From contig JAFTQX010000052.1 of assembly GCA_017462545.1 (NCBI GenBank), positions 8,148 to 72,147 of the forward strand: 64,000 bases of DNA, written 5' to 3'. The stretch comes from Clostridia bacterium. Lineage in GTDB: Bacteria > Bacillota > Clostridia > Oscillospirales > CAG-272. The position numbers and the translations under genes are program-made. Under the pieces are notes generated by a model. That model saw only the letters and a list, made by a program, of their open reading frames with translations, was not told the DNA's origin and did not search any database. Of this stretch, positions 43,591-52,232 are shown piece by piece. The number at the start of each line of letters is the position of its first letter. Position 1 is the stretch's first letter.

Positions 43591-46500
43591 ATGAAACAAA
43601 GAATTCTTGCCGGCTTGCTGGCAGCATGTATGCTGCTCCTCTCGCTTCCCCTGCTGGTGCTTCCCGCTGCGGCAGAGGAGGGGGCGACCGCGACCATAGA
43701 GGACTATATCGCGATCGCCGAGGCGCTCGAGCCGAAAAACGATAAGCAACGCGCCATTCGTGGTCAGATGCTGGTAGAATATGCTGCCTATCAGCTGGAT
43801 ATGAAGGAGATGGACGCGGGAATGATTTCTGTCCTGATGGAAGAGGTGGCAGAAAAGCATGCGGCGTATATGCAGCAGTTCCAATACGGCTTCATTGAAG
43901 AGACAGGCTTAGTGATGACCTTTGCGGTCTTTTCCGATGTACATATTACCAACAATAATAATACCGGTACGATTCGTTCCGCAATCAGCAATCTGCTGCA
44001 GTACAATCCCGATCCGATCGGTATTTTTGTGACCGGTGATTTGTCTGATAACGGTCTGTGTCCTTCCGATCAAAGCTATAGTGATCTTGACAACTACTAT
44101 GCCTTTGTAAAGAATCACGATTTCGTCGATTCCAAGGGCGAGCAGATCAAGATCACCAGTATTCTTGGCAATCACGACATCCGTGGCCCGTGGGCACTTG
44201 GCTACAGCAAGTCCTCGTATGCTCCCGCCGTAGAAATGTATTTGGAGCAGGAAGGGGTAGAAACGCTTTGCCACGATACCTGGATCAACGGTTATCACTT
44301 CGTTTTCATGAATCCTGCAAAATGGGCAACAGACGACTGCTGTCTGTCTGCGGAGAATATTGCGTGGCTGGACGAAACACTCTCCCAGGATCAAAGTGGC
44401 AAGCCGCAGTTTGTCTTCATTCATCAATATGCCTCTCGCGTGATTGAGGATGCCGATTCGCCCTACACCTTTGAAGAGGTCATTGCGCGGCATCCCTCCA
44501 CGGTCGTTTCCTCCGGTCATGGTCACTACGGCTTTGGCAGCGCGTTTGTCTATGAGGATGCGGGCAGCTATTATATCAACCAGCCCGGCTTGGTTAGTAA
44601 TACAGGTGTGTTCAATACTCCCTCCTACTACATTGTTGATGTGTATGAAGGAGGTGTGATTTACCGCGGCATAACAGCTTCCGGCAAATGGGTGCCGGAG
44701 GGAGACGTGGTCATTCCCAATATGGCGTATGCAGAAAAGGGCAAATGCTCTTATTATTTCTATGATGAAAACGGTGGGCTCTTGCTGCAGGGCAGCGTTG
44801 CCGAGGGTGGCGTGCCTACCATTCCTACCGCGCCCACGAAAGCGTCGGATGCACAGTATTCTTACCCCTTTGCCGGGTGGGATCTCAACGGTGACGGTGC
44901 TGTGGATCAGCTGCCTACCGCGCTGACGAGCAATCTGAATGCAACGGCTGTTTATACGCCTACCCCCCGTGAGTATACCTATACCTTTATCGGGGCAGAG
45001 GGAGAGGAGCTGCGTAAAATGACGGCCGGCTACGGCGCGGCACTCCGTATTCCCGGTGTCAAGAATCTCTTTGGTTGGGATCTTGACGGCGATGGCGCAG
45101 CCGAGCAGCTGCCCGAATTTGTCGAGGGGGACATGACTGCTGTCGCCATTTTGAAGGAGGAGGGCAAGCTTACCTATACCTTCATCGATAAAGACGGCTA
45201 TGTGATCGAGAAGGGGCAGGTTGCCTCCGGTACAACGATCAAGGCTCCCAACTTTGCGCCCACCTATCACGCAGGCGATTATTTCGCCGGCTGGGATCTG
45301 AATGGTGACGGCAGCCCCGATGAACTGCCTACCACAGGCATCACGGCTGATTTTACCGCTACCGCGATCTTCTATCCTACCTCGCAGGTCGAGCTGTTCT
45401 TTGATGGTACGACCGACAGCATTTCTTATTACATGAGCTATCAGGGGCGTTTGATCCTTCATGCGGAGAATTGTGTTCATCCCGGCTCGCCCACCGGCAA
45501 CGCAGCCCATGTTGTGTGGGATGGTGTCAAGGATTATCAGTATGGTGCCCAACTCAACCTCGCGCTTCCGCAGGCAGAAAATACTCCTGTCGGTTACGCA
45601 ATTTGGATCGATGCGCCCGGTGCGACCGGCTCTTACAGCTTCAGCCTGTATAAGGGCAAGGATTTCTCGCATCTTGTCGGCGAAACGGTCAATGGACTCA
45701 TTTATTTTGTTTCTGAAGATGGAAAGGTAAGCGCAAAGAACATCGATACCGACGTATCCCTTCCCGCCGGCTTTACCGGTTGGATGGTCATTCCCACCGC
45801 TACCTTTGCACCGAAAACGGCCTCCGAGCCGTTTGATGTGCTGAAGCTGTATTTCCATCGCACCAAGAGCGGTACGATCTTGGAAAAGGAGCTTTATCTT
45901 GGCGGTGGCTTCTCCTTCGGTTGCACGGTAGACGAGATGAACGAGATGCTGTCTACCGGCTTCTCTACCTTCTACGATGCAGAGGGTGAATACATCACCA
46001 CCACCTTTGCGCAGAATGGCAAGCCGGTCGTGCCGGAGGTTATGCAAAGCTATACCGATGAAAAAGGTACCTATACCTTTGCCGGTTGGGATCTCAATGG
46101 CGATGGTGTGGCAGATCCGTTGCCCGAGCAGGGCAGTATGATTGCCCGCGCGGTTTATGATCTCGCGCCGAACACCTTTACCTATCGTTTTGTTGATGCA
46201 AACGGTAAGGTTTACTATGAAAGAACGGCTGCATACGGCTCGATCGTCATTCCGCCTACCGGCTCGGTTATCACCGATGCAAGCGGTACCCATACCATCA
46301 CAGCCTATCTGAATTATGAAAAGGGTATGCGTCTGACGGGGGATACCACCTATCTTGTAACTGCCGAAACGGTTCCTTCAACCTATACGGTCAAGTTTGT
46401 TTCTGACGGTACCGTCGTTTCCGAGACCACGCTTGCCTATGGTGCACCGATTACCGCACCCGCCGTACCCGCAAAGAACGGCCATACCGGCGTGTGGGAG

Positions 46501-46677
46501 GGGTATACCGAGGGCATGACGGTCAGCGGCAACGTGACCTTCCAGGCTGTGTATACCGCTACTGGTAACAATGGTGGCGGCTGCGGCTCTACGATTAGCG
46601 GTGGCGTATATGCCGTCATGGCACTTCTGGCGCTTGGTACGGGCTTTGTGGCTTGTCGCCGTCGCGAAGAAGAATAA
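43591..46677 (+). CDS. large exported metallophosphoesterase with InlB-B/Flg_new-type repeats and a C-terminal membrane anchor or sorting-like signal
   Basis: Signal peptide (LLAACMLLLSLPLLVLPAAAEE). Calcineurin-like motifs (VFSDVHI, VTGDLSDNG, LGNHD, SGHGH). Four copies of F(A/G)GWDL(N/D)GDG near 44869, 45067, 45282 and 46078. The C-terminus is NNGGGCGSTISGGVYAVMALLALGTGFVACRRREEE. Confidence 0.8.
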   Translation: MKQRILAGLLAACMLLLSLPLLVLPAAAEEGATATIEDYIAIAEALEPKNDKQRAIRGQMLVEYAAYQLDMKEMDAGMISVLMEEVAEKHAAYMQQFQYGFIEETGLVMTFAVFSDVHITNNNNTGTIRSAISNLLQYNPDPIGIFVTGDLSDNGLCPSDQSYSDLDNYYAFVKNHDFVDSKGEQIKITSILGNHDIRGPWALGYSKSSYAPAVEMYLEQEGVETLCHDTWINGYHFVFMNPAKWATDDCCLSAENIAWLDETLSQDQSGKPQFVFIHQYASRVIEDADSPYTFEEVIARHPSTVVSSGHGHYGFGSAFVYEDAGSYYINQPGLVSNTGVFNTPSYYIVDVYEGGVIYRGITASGKWVPEGDVVIPNMAYAEKGKCSYYFYDENGGLLLQGSVAEGGVPTIPTAPTKASDAQYSYPFAGWDLNGDGAVDQLPTALTSNLNATAVYTPTPREYTYTFIGAEGEELRKMTAGYGAALRIPGVKNLFGWDLDGDGAAEQLPEFVEGDMTAVAILKEEGKLTYTFIDKDGYVIEKGQVASGTTIKAPNFAPTYHAGDYFAGWDLNGDGSPDELPTTGITADFTATAIFYPTSQVELFFDGTTDSISYYMSYQGRLILHAENCVHPGSPTGNAAHVVWDGVKDYQYGAQLNLALPQAENTPVGYAIWIDAPGATGSYSFSLYKGKDFSHLVGETVNGLIYFVSEDGKVSAKNIDTDVSLPAGFTGWMVIPTATFAPKTASEPFDVLKLYFHRTKSGTILEKELYLGGGFSFGCTVDEMNEMLSTGFSTFYDAEGEYITTTFAQNGKPVVPEVMQSYTDEKGTYTFAGWDLNGDGVADPLPEQGSMIARAVYDLAPNTFTYRFVDANGKVYYERTAAYGSIVIPPTGSVITDASGTHTITAYLNYEKGMRLTGDTTYLVTAETVPSTYTVKFVSDGTVVSETTLAYGAPITAPAVPAKNGHTGVWEGYTEGMTVSGNVTFQAVYTATGNNGGGCGSTISGGVYAVMALLALGTGFVACRRREEE

Positions 46678-46685
46678 TTGCAAAG

Positions 46686-46715
46686 AAAAAGCGGAGCGTT
46701 ATGCTCCGCTTTTTG
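46686..46715 (+). terminator. rho-independent terminator
   Basis: AAAAAGCGGAGC-GTTAT-GCTCCGCTTTTT. Confidence 0.8.
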
Positions 46716-46771
46716 TATAGACATAGCCTTTTTGCGGTATACTGTTGGCAGTACAAAAAGGAGATACAAGG

Positions 46772-47206
46772 ATGATTGAACAAGATACCATTAAATTGCT
46801 GCGTGAGTGTGACGCCGGGGTCAAAATGGGCGTGAAATCGATTGATGACGTCATTGACTATGTTAAGTCTGACAAGATGAAAAGTCGCCTCAATGCCTGT
46901 AAGGATGAGCATAACACGCTTGACCGCGAGATTCAGCAGGCACTTGACCGCTTTCATGACGATGGTAAGAATCCCAGCCCCATTGCGGAAGGAATGTCCT
47001 GGATGAAGACCAATATGAAGCTGGCCATGCACCAATCGGATAAAACGATCGCCGATTTGATGACGGATGGGTGCAATATGGGCGTCAAGTCGCTCAATCG
47101 CTATCTCAATCAGTATGAGGCAGCCGACGAGCAGACCAAGGATATTGCCAAGCGCCTCATCAATTTGGAAGAGCAGCTTGCCGTGGATATGCGCGGGTAT
47201 TTGTAA
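46772..47206 (+). CDS. hypothetical helical protein (144 aa)
   Basis: AAAGGAG RBS, predicted all-helical composition and no assignable motif. The ORF is open from 46745. Confidence 0.5.
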   Translation: MIEQDTIKLLRECDAGVKMGVKSIDDVIDYVKSDKMKSRLNACKDEHNTLDREIQQALDRFHDDGKNPSPIAEGMSWMKTNMKLAMHQSDKTIADLMTDGCNMGVKSLNRYLNQYEAADEQTKDIAKRLINLEEQLAVDMRGYL

Positions 47207-47207
47207 A

Positions 47208-47237
47208 GAAAAAAGGGAAGATGTTCTTCCCTTTTTC
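47208..47237. terminator. bidirectional terminator
   Basis: AAAAAAGGGAAGA-TGT-TCTTCCCTTTTT. Confidence 0.8.
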
Positions 47238-48013
47238 TATTGTTTTCTTTGATACATCAGAGCGTCCTTTTCTTGAACGGCTATGGTAAGACCACACTTC
47301 TGTGCCAGGTCTTGGGGGATTGGTTGATCGGTAATAAAGTAATCCACCTCGCACAAGGTAAGCACTTCAAAGGCCGAGCGGCTTGCAAACTTTTTAGAAT
47401 CGCAAAGAAATACGATCTTTTCCGCTCTTTGCCGCATGGCGAGACGCAGGGAGGTTTCTTCCTCCGAATAATCGGAAATGACACCGCCTTGATCAAGAGA
47501 AGAGGAGGAAAAAAACATCCAATCCGCAAAAAATGTACCCACCGCTCGCTCGGCAAGATTGCCTACAAAGGCCTCGGATTCGCGTATTGGTCTGCCGCCT
47601 GTTGAAAACACCTGTACCTGTTTTTCAGACAAAGTACGGCAGAGCGTAATGCCGTTAGTAACAACGGTGATTTTTTGCTCCCGCCGTAAAAAATGAGAAA
47701 GAAAAAACGCCGTGGTAGAGGCATCTATAAAGATCAGCTGCTCTGGCTGGAGTAGCGTGGCAGCTAACTCGCAGATGGCGGTTTTTTCCTTGGTCATAAT
47801 TCCGCGGCGGAATGGGACCGGCGTGTTAACCCTACCGTCTGCCGCTGTTACACCGCCATGGCTGCGCCTCACATAGCCGTTTTTCTCTAAGAAATCCAAA
47901 TCGCGGCGGATAGTTGGCTGGCTGGCAAACAGGCGCATGCTCAACTCTCGCACGGATAAAAAGCTCTCTTTTTGTAATATCGCCAAAATGTTCCGTTGCC
48001 TTGCATTCTTCAT
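47237..48013 (-). CDS. DeoR-family transcriptional repressor
   Basis: An N-terminal HTH (RQRNILAILQKESFLSVRELSMRLFASQPTIRRDLDFLEKNGYVRRSHGG) plus a DeoR C-terminal sensor domain. The start at 48013 is preferred. Confidence 0.9.
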   Translation of the reverse strand: MKNARQRNILAILQKESFLSVRELSMRLFASQPTIRRDLDFLEKNGYVRRSHGGVTAADGRVNTPVPFRRGIMTKEKTAICELAATLLQPEQLIFIDASTTAFFLSHFLRREQKITVVTNGITLCRTLSEKQVQVFSTGGRPIRESEAFVGNLAERAVGTFFADWMFFSSSSLDQGGVISDYSEEETSLRLAMRQRAEKIVFLCDSKKFASRSAFEVLTLCEVDYFITDQPIPQDLAQKCGLTIAVQEKDALMYQRKQ

Positions 48014-48030
48014 GGTTCTTAGCTCCAAAA

Positions 48031-48136
48031 TTGATCGAATTGTGATCGTTTTCAAAAAAATAGCCACAGGTTGACAGATAACGATCAAATGTATTATAAT
48101 TATAAACGATAAGCCTGCGCTTGTCAATACGATAAA
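48031..48136. promoter_or_regulatory. divergent control region: TTGACA-18-TATAAT promoter plus five copies of an ACGAT(A/C)A-type motif (candidate DeoR operators)
   Basis: TTGACA at 48071-48076 and TATAAT at 48095-48100. GATCG/CGAT cores lie at 48033-37, 48044-48, 48082-86, 48107-10 and 48130-33, in both orientations. Confidence 0.4.
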
Positions 48137-48147
48137 GGAGATTGTTT

Positions 48148-48933
48148 ATGAACTATTGGAAACAGGGAAAGGATAATATCTATGTCGCGGCACACCGCGG
48201 ATTGTGTTCCCAATATCCTGAGAATACGATATCGGCCTTTCGTGCCGCGCTGGAAGCAGGGGTTGATCAGATTGAAACTGATATCCAGGTGACCAAGGAT
48301 GGGGAGCTTGTTCTGATTCATGATCTGCAGGTGGATAGGACTACCAACGGTACCGGCTATGTGTATGATTTTACCTTTGAGGAGCTCCGCAAGCTGGATG
48401 CGGGAAACGGTGAGCGCATTCCAACCCTGCGTGAATTGATGGAGCTTGTAAAGGATGTTCCCGGACTGACGCTTGATTTGGAACTTAAAGTGGTACCTCT
48501 TCCATCATGCGAGCAGCTGGCGTACGATGTCTGTGACAGGACGCTGGCCATGGTAGAGAAATACGGCTTCCGCGACCGCATTGTCATCAATACCTGGATG
48601 GCAAAGCTTCATGAGTACATTTATAAAAAGTACGGAAAAACGTACCGTCAGCACATCTTTTTCCCCTTCAGCTTTATGCGGGAGTATACCATTGATCCGA
48701 CCAGCTATGCTTACTGCTGCTGTATGTTCAGCCAGGTAAATGCACCGTTGAATATAGCGACCCCGGCGGAATGTGAAGAGATGCGTGCCCACGGTGTTGA
48801 TCCTTGGGTTGGTGCCGCCGTCAAGGATGAGGAGGGCGTTGATATGGCAATCCAGTGCGGCGCTTCGCTTATCACCTGCAATAATGCGGATGAAATACTT
48901 GCTATATTGAGAAAAAAAGGATACCATAAGTAA
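48148..48933 (+). CDS. glycerophosphodiester phosphodiesterase family protein
   Basis: VAAHRGLCSQYPENTISAF and IETDIQVTKDGELVLIHD are the GDPD catalytic His/Glu/Asp blocks. An AAAGGAG RBS is present. Confidence 0.85.
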   Translation: MNYWKQGKDNIYVAAHRGLCSQYPENTISAFRAALEAGVDQIETDIQVTKDGELVLIHDLQVDRTTNGTGYVYDFTFEELRKLDAGNGERIPTLRELMELVKDVPGLTLDLELKVVPLPSCEQLAYDVCDRTLAMVEKYGFRDRIVINTWMAKLHEYIYKKYGKTYRQHIFFPFSFMREYTIDPTSYAYCCCMFSQVNAPLNIATPAECEEMRAHGVDPWVGAAVKDEEGVDMAIQCGASLITCNNADEILAILRKKGYHK

Positions 48934-49665
48934 ATGATAAAACTCATCGCCTTTGATTTAGACGGTACGCTGACCCAGCATAAAACACCGCTTGAAAAAG
49001 AAAATCGCGCCGTGCTGGACGAGCTGGCTGCGCGCGGCTACACGCTGCTGATGGTGGGGGCCGGGCAATGCGCGCGCATCTTTCGCCAAATGGGGGAATA
49101 CCCCTTGGATATCATCGGCAACTACGGCCTGCAAGCGGCGGTTTACGACAAAGAGACGGGTGGGCTGCGCACCGTGCGTGATCTGATCTTTCCCGTAGAC
49201 CGTGATTCGATCAACGAGAGGGTAGATGCCTTGCGCACAAAGCATGGCTTTACTGCCTATCGCGGTGCCAGCGTCGAGTTTCACCCCTCTGGCTGTGTGA
49301 CCTTTGCCATCCTTGGCACAGAGGCCCTACAGGCAGACAAGCTGGCCTTTGACCCCGACCGTATAAAACGCCGCGCGATCTATGACGAGGTAGTGGCCAC
49401 CTTCCCCGAATATACGGTGTTTGTGGGCGGCTCCTCCTCCTTCGATATGGCACCGCGCCCCTACGATAAGCTCTATGCGTTAGATGCCTACGCCAAGGAG
49501 CATGGCATCCTTCATGAGGAGATCGTCTTTGTGGGGGACGATTACGGTCCCGGCGGAAACGATGAGTCGGTTTACTTGTCGGATATCCGCTTTATCAAGG
49601 TAGATGATTATACTCGCCTGCGTGAGGCGCTTGGCGATTTACTGACAAAGGAGGCGACAACATGA
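48934..49665 (+). CDS. HAD-IIB family hydrolase (Cof/PMM-like phosphatase)
   Basis: The DxD motif IAFDLDGTL and a distal GDDYGPGGNDESV motif. The start codon abuts the GDPD stop codon. Confidence 0.8.
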   Translation: MIKLIAFDLDGTLTQHKTPLEKENRAVLDELAARGYTLLMVGAGQCARIFRQMGEYPLDIIGNYGLQAAVYDKETGGLRTVRDLIFPVDRDSINERVDALRTKHGFTAYRGASVEFHPSGCVTFAILGTEALQADKLAFDPDRIKRRAIYDEVVATFPEYTVFVGGSSSFDMAPRPYDKLYALDAYAKEHGILHEEIVFVGDDYGPGGNDESVYLSDIRFIKVDDYTRLREALGDLLTKEATT

Positions 49666-50957
49666 CGGTTTCAGAGCTTTTGCGCGGGATTTCGCAATGT
49701 GCCTGCGGGCGTAGCCACACTTGCCCGATTCATGATGTGGTCATTGGCGCGGGCGTTCTTTCCGAGCTGCCCCGCTTGACAGAGGGGTATCGACACATTC
49801 TGTTGGTTGCCGATGAAAATACCTATGCCGTTGCAGGGGGCGAGGTGCGCACGCTGCTTGGCATGCGCGTGGCAGACGAGCTTCTCTATCATACCGAGCC
49901 GGGACAGGTGCTGGTACCGAACGAAAAGGCCATTGCACAGATGAAGGCGCGTGTCACATCGGAAACAGATCTGATTCTCGGCGTTGGCTCGGGCGTGATC
50001 AATGACCTTTGCAAGCACGTTTCCTTTGTGTCCGGCTTGCCCTATTACATTGTGGCCACCGCACCGTCGATGGATGGCTACGCATCTGTTGGTGCGGCTT
50101 TGATTCTTGATGGAATGAAGGTCACGCTCTCAGCCGCCGTGCCGCGTGCCATCATTGCTGATACAAACGTGCTGTGCGCCGCCCCCGCCGAGATGATCGC
50201 AGCGGGCTATGGCGATATTATTGGCAAGTATTCTTGTCTCTCGGATTGGAAGCTGGCCAATCTGCTGTTTGACGAATATCTTTGCCCCACCGTGCTGGAT
50301 GCTACCTATGAGGCGGTTGAAAAGACGGTTCGCCTGACGGATGGCCTCGCTTCTCGCTCGCCCGAGACGATCGGGGCACTGATGGAGGCGTTGGTTGCCG
50401 TTGGTATTTTGATGGCTTACGTTGGCAATTCTCGCCCCGCCTCGGGCAGTGAGCATCACCTCTCGCATTATTTTGAGATCGTGGGGATTGTGCGGCATGA
50501 GCCTTATTTGCCGCACGGAGTAGATGTCTTCCACTCGGCAGTCGAGACTGCCCGCCTGCGCGAGCAGCTTGCTAACATGGAGGCACCTGTTCCCGCCCCA
50601 CGCCTGCTTGATCGTGCCGCCTACGAACGTGAGATTACCCGCATTTACGGCAGCGTAGCCCCCGAGGTGCTTGCCCTGCAGGAACGCCTTGGCTGGTATA
50701 CCGATGAAGCGGTTACCCGCCGCCATGCCGCCTATTGTGAAAAATGGGACGAGGTGCGCCGCCTGCTGGCAAACGGCCCAACAGCCGATGAGCTGCTTGA
50801 CCTGCTCACCCGCGCGGGACTGCGGCACGACGATTTTATCGCCCTCTATGGGGAAGAGAAGATCGCTGACGCGCGCTTCTTTGCCAAGGACTTAAAGGAT
50901 CGCTATACGGTGCTTTGGCTGTATGACGATCTTCTTGGCAGGACAAGGCAGAAATAA
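49662..50957 (+). CDS. sn-glycerol-1-phosphate dehydrogenase family protein (Fe-ADH_2; AraM/EgsA-like)
   Basis: GVGSGVINDLCKHVS, ATAPSMDGYASVGA, IAAGYGDIIGKYSCLSDW and GSEHHLSHYFE match the G1PDH-type blocks as I remember them from AraM/EgsA. There is an ATGA overlap with the HAD gene. Confidence 0.7.
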   Translation: MTVSELLRGISQCACGRSHTCPIHDVVIGAGVLSELPRLTEGYRHILLVADENTYAVAGGEVRTLLGMRVADELLYHTEPGQVLVPNEKAIAQMKARVTSETDLILGVGSGVINDLCKHVSFVSGLPYYIVATAPSMDGYASVGAALILDGMKVTLSAAVPRAIIADTNVLCAAPAEMIAAGYGDIIGKYSCLSDWKLANLLFDEYLCPTVLDATYEAVEKTVRLTDGLASRSPETIGALMEALVAVGILMAYVGNSRPASGSEHHLSHYFEIVGIVRHEPYLPHGVDVFHSAVETARLREQLANMEAPVPAPRLLDRAAYEREITRIYGSVAPEVLALQERLGWYTDEAVTRRHAAYCEKWDEVRRLLANGPTADELLDLLTRAGLRHDDFIALYGEEKIADARFFAKDLKDRYTVLWLYDDLLGRTRQK

Positions 50958-51042
50958 AAGCCTGATAAAATCTTGACAAACATAAAAAAGTAGAGTACAA
51001 TAAGGTTAGTATCCCATTTCCATTATGAAAAGGAGAATACCC

Positions 51043-52188
51043 ATGAACAGATTTGTATTGAACGAGACCTCTTATCATGGCAAGGGTGCCATTGCCGCTA
51101 TCCCGGAGGAGATCAAGGCGCGCGGCTTTGAGAAGGTGCTGGTCGTTTCCGACCCGGACCTGATCAAGTTTGGCGTTTCGCAGAAGGTGACCGACCTGCT
51201 GGATAAGGCCGGTATCGCCTACACCGTCTTCTCGGAGATCAAGCCCAACCCCACCATTGAAAACGTGCAGGCCGGCGTTGCCGCCTTCCGTGCCGCAGGG
51301 GCCGACAGCATTGTTGCCATCGGCGGTGGCTCGTCTATGGATACCGCCAAGGCCATTGGCATTATCATCACCAACCCGGAATTTGAGGATGTACGCTCGC
51401 TGGAGGGCGTAGCCCCCACCAAGAATAAGTGCGTGCCGATCATTGCCGTACCTACCACCGCCGGCACCGCTGCCGAGGTTACCATCAACTATGTCATTAC
51501 CGATAGCGAAAAGAACCGCAAGATGGTCTGCGTAGACGTACACGATATTCCCGTTCTTGCCGTGGTAGACCCCGATATGATGGCCACCATGCCCAAGGGG
51601 CTGACTGCCGCTACGGGTATGGACGCACTTACCCATGCCATTGAGGGCTATATTACCAAGGGCGCATGGGAGCTGACGGATATGTTCCACCTCAAGGCCA
51701 TTGAGATCATTGCCAAGAGCCTGCGCGGCGCTGTTGATAACACCGACGAGGGCAGAGAGGGCATGGCCCTTGGTCAGTATGTGGCCGGCATGGGCTTCTC
51801 CAATGTTGGTCTTGGTATCGTACACTCCATGGCTCACCCGCTCGGCGCGCTGTATGATACCCCGCACGGCGTTGCCAATGCGATCATCCTGCCTACGGTG
51901 ATGGCCTATAATGCACCCGCTACGGGGGATAAGTACAAGTATATCGCCCAGGCGATGGGCGTAGAGGGCACCGAGAGCATGACGGTCGATGAATACCGTG
52001 CCGCCGCCATCAATGCCGTGAAGCAGCTGTCGCTGGATGTTGGCATTCCCGCTGACCTGCGTGAGATCGTGAAGGCAGAGGATATCCCCTTCCTTGCACA
52101 GTCCGCGTATGACGATGCTTGCCGCCCCGGCAACCCGAAGGATACCAGTGTCGAGGATATCACCGCGCTCTACAAGAGCCTGCTTTAA
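51043..52188 (+). CDS. fucO: lactaldehyde reductase (1,2-propanediol oxidoreductase)
   Basis: Collinear with E. coli FucO along the whole length (NETSYHGKGA, IGGGSSMDTAKAIG, PTTAGTAAEVTINYVITD, DALTHAIEGYITKGAW, GMGFSNVGLGIVHSMAHPLGALYDTPHGVANAI). Confidence 0.9.
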   Translation: MNRFVLNETSYHGKGAIAAIPEEIKARGFEKVLVVSDPDLIKFGVSQKVTDLLDKAGIAYTVFSEIKPNPTIENVQAGVAAFRAAGADSIVAIGGGSSMDTAKAIGIIITNPEFEDVRSLEGVAPTKNKCVPIIAVPTTAGTAAEVTINYVITDSEKNRKMVCVDVHDIPVLAVVDPDMMATMPKGLTAATGMDALTHAIEGYITKGAWELTDMFHLKAIEIIAKSLRGAVDNTDEGREGMALGQYVAGMGFSNVGLGIVHSMAHPLGALYDTPHGVANAIILPTVMAYNAPATGDKYKYIAQAMGVEGTESMTVDEYRAAAINAVKQLSLDVGIPADLREIVKAEDIPFLAQSAYDDACRPGNPKDTSVEDITALYKSLL

Positions 52189-52197
52189 TTCCAACAC

Positions 52198-52231
52198 AAA
52201 AAAGGAACAGCCATGTGGCTGTTCCTTTTTG
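52198..52231. terminator. bidirectional terminator
   Basis: AAAAAAGGAACAGCC-ATG-TGGCTGTTCCTTTTT. Confidence 0.85.
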
Positions 52232-52232
52232 A

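Noticed and set aside
43909-46293. A 794-aa minus-strand ORF opposite the 1028-aa exported phosphoesterase gene.
   Set aside because: It is an antisense shadow ORF with a biased composition (many R/G/I/D). The plus-strand product has clear signal-peptide, phosphoesterase and repeat motifs.
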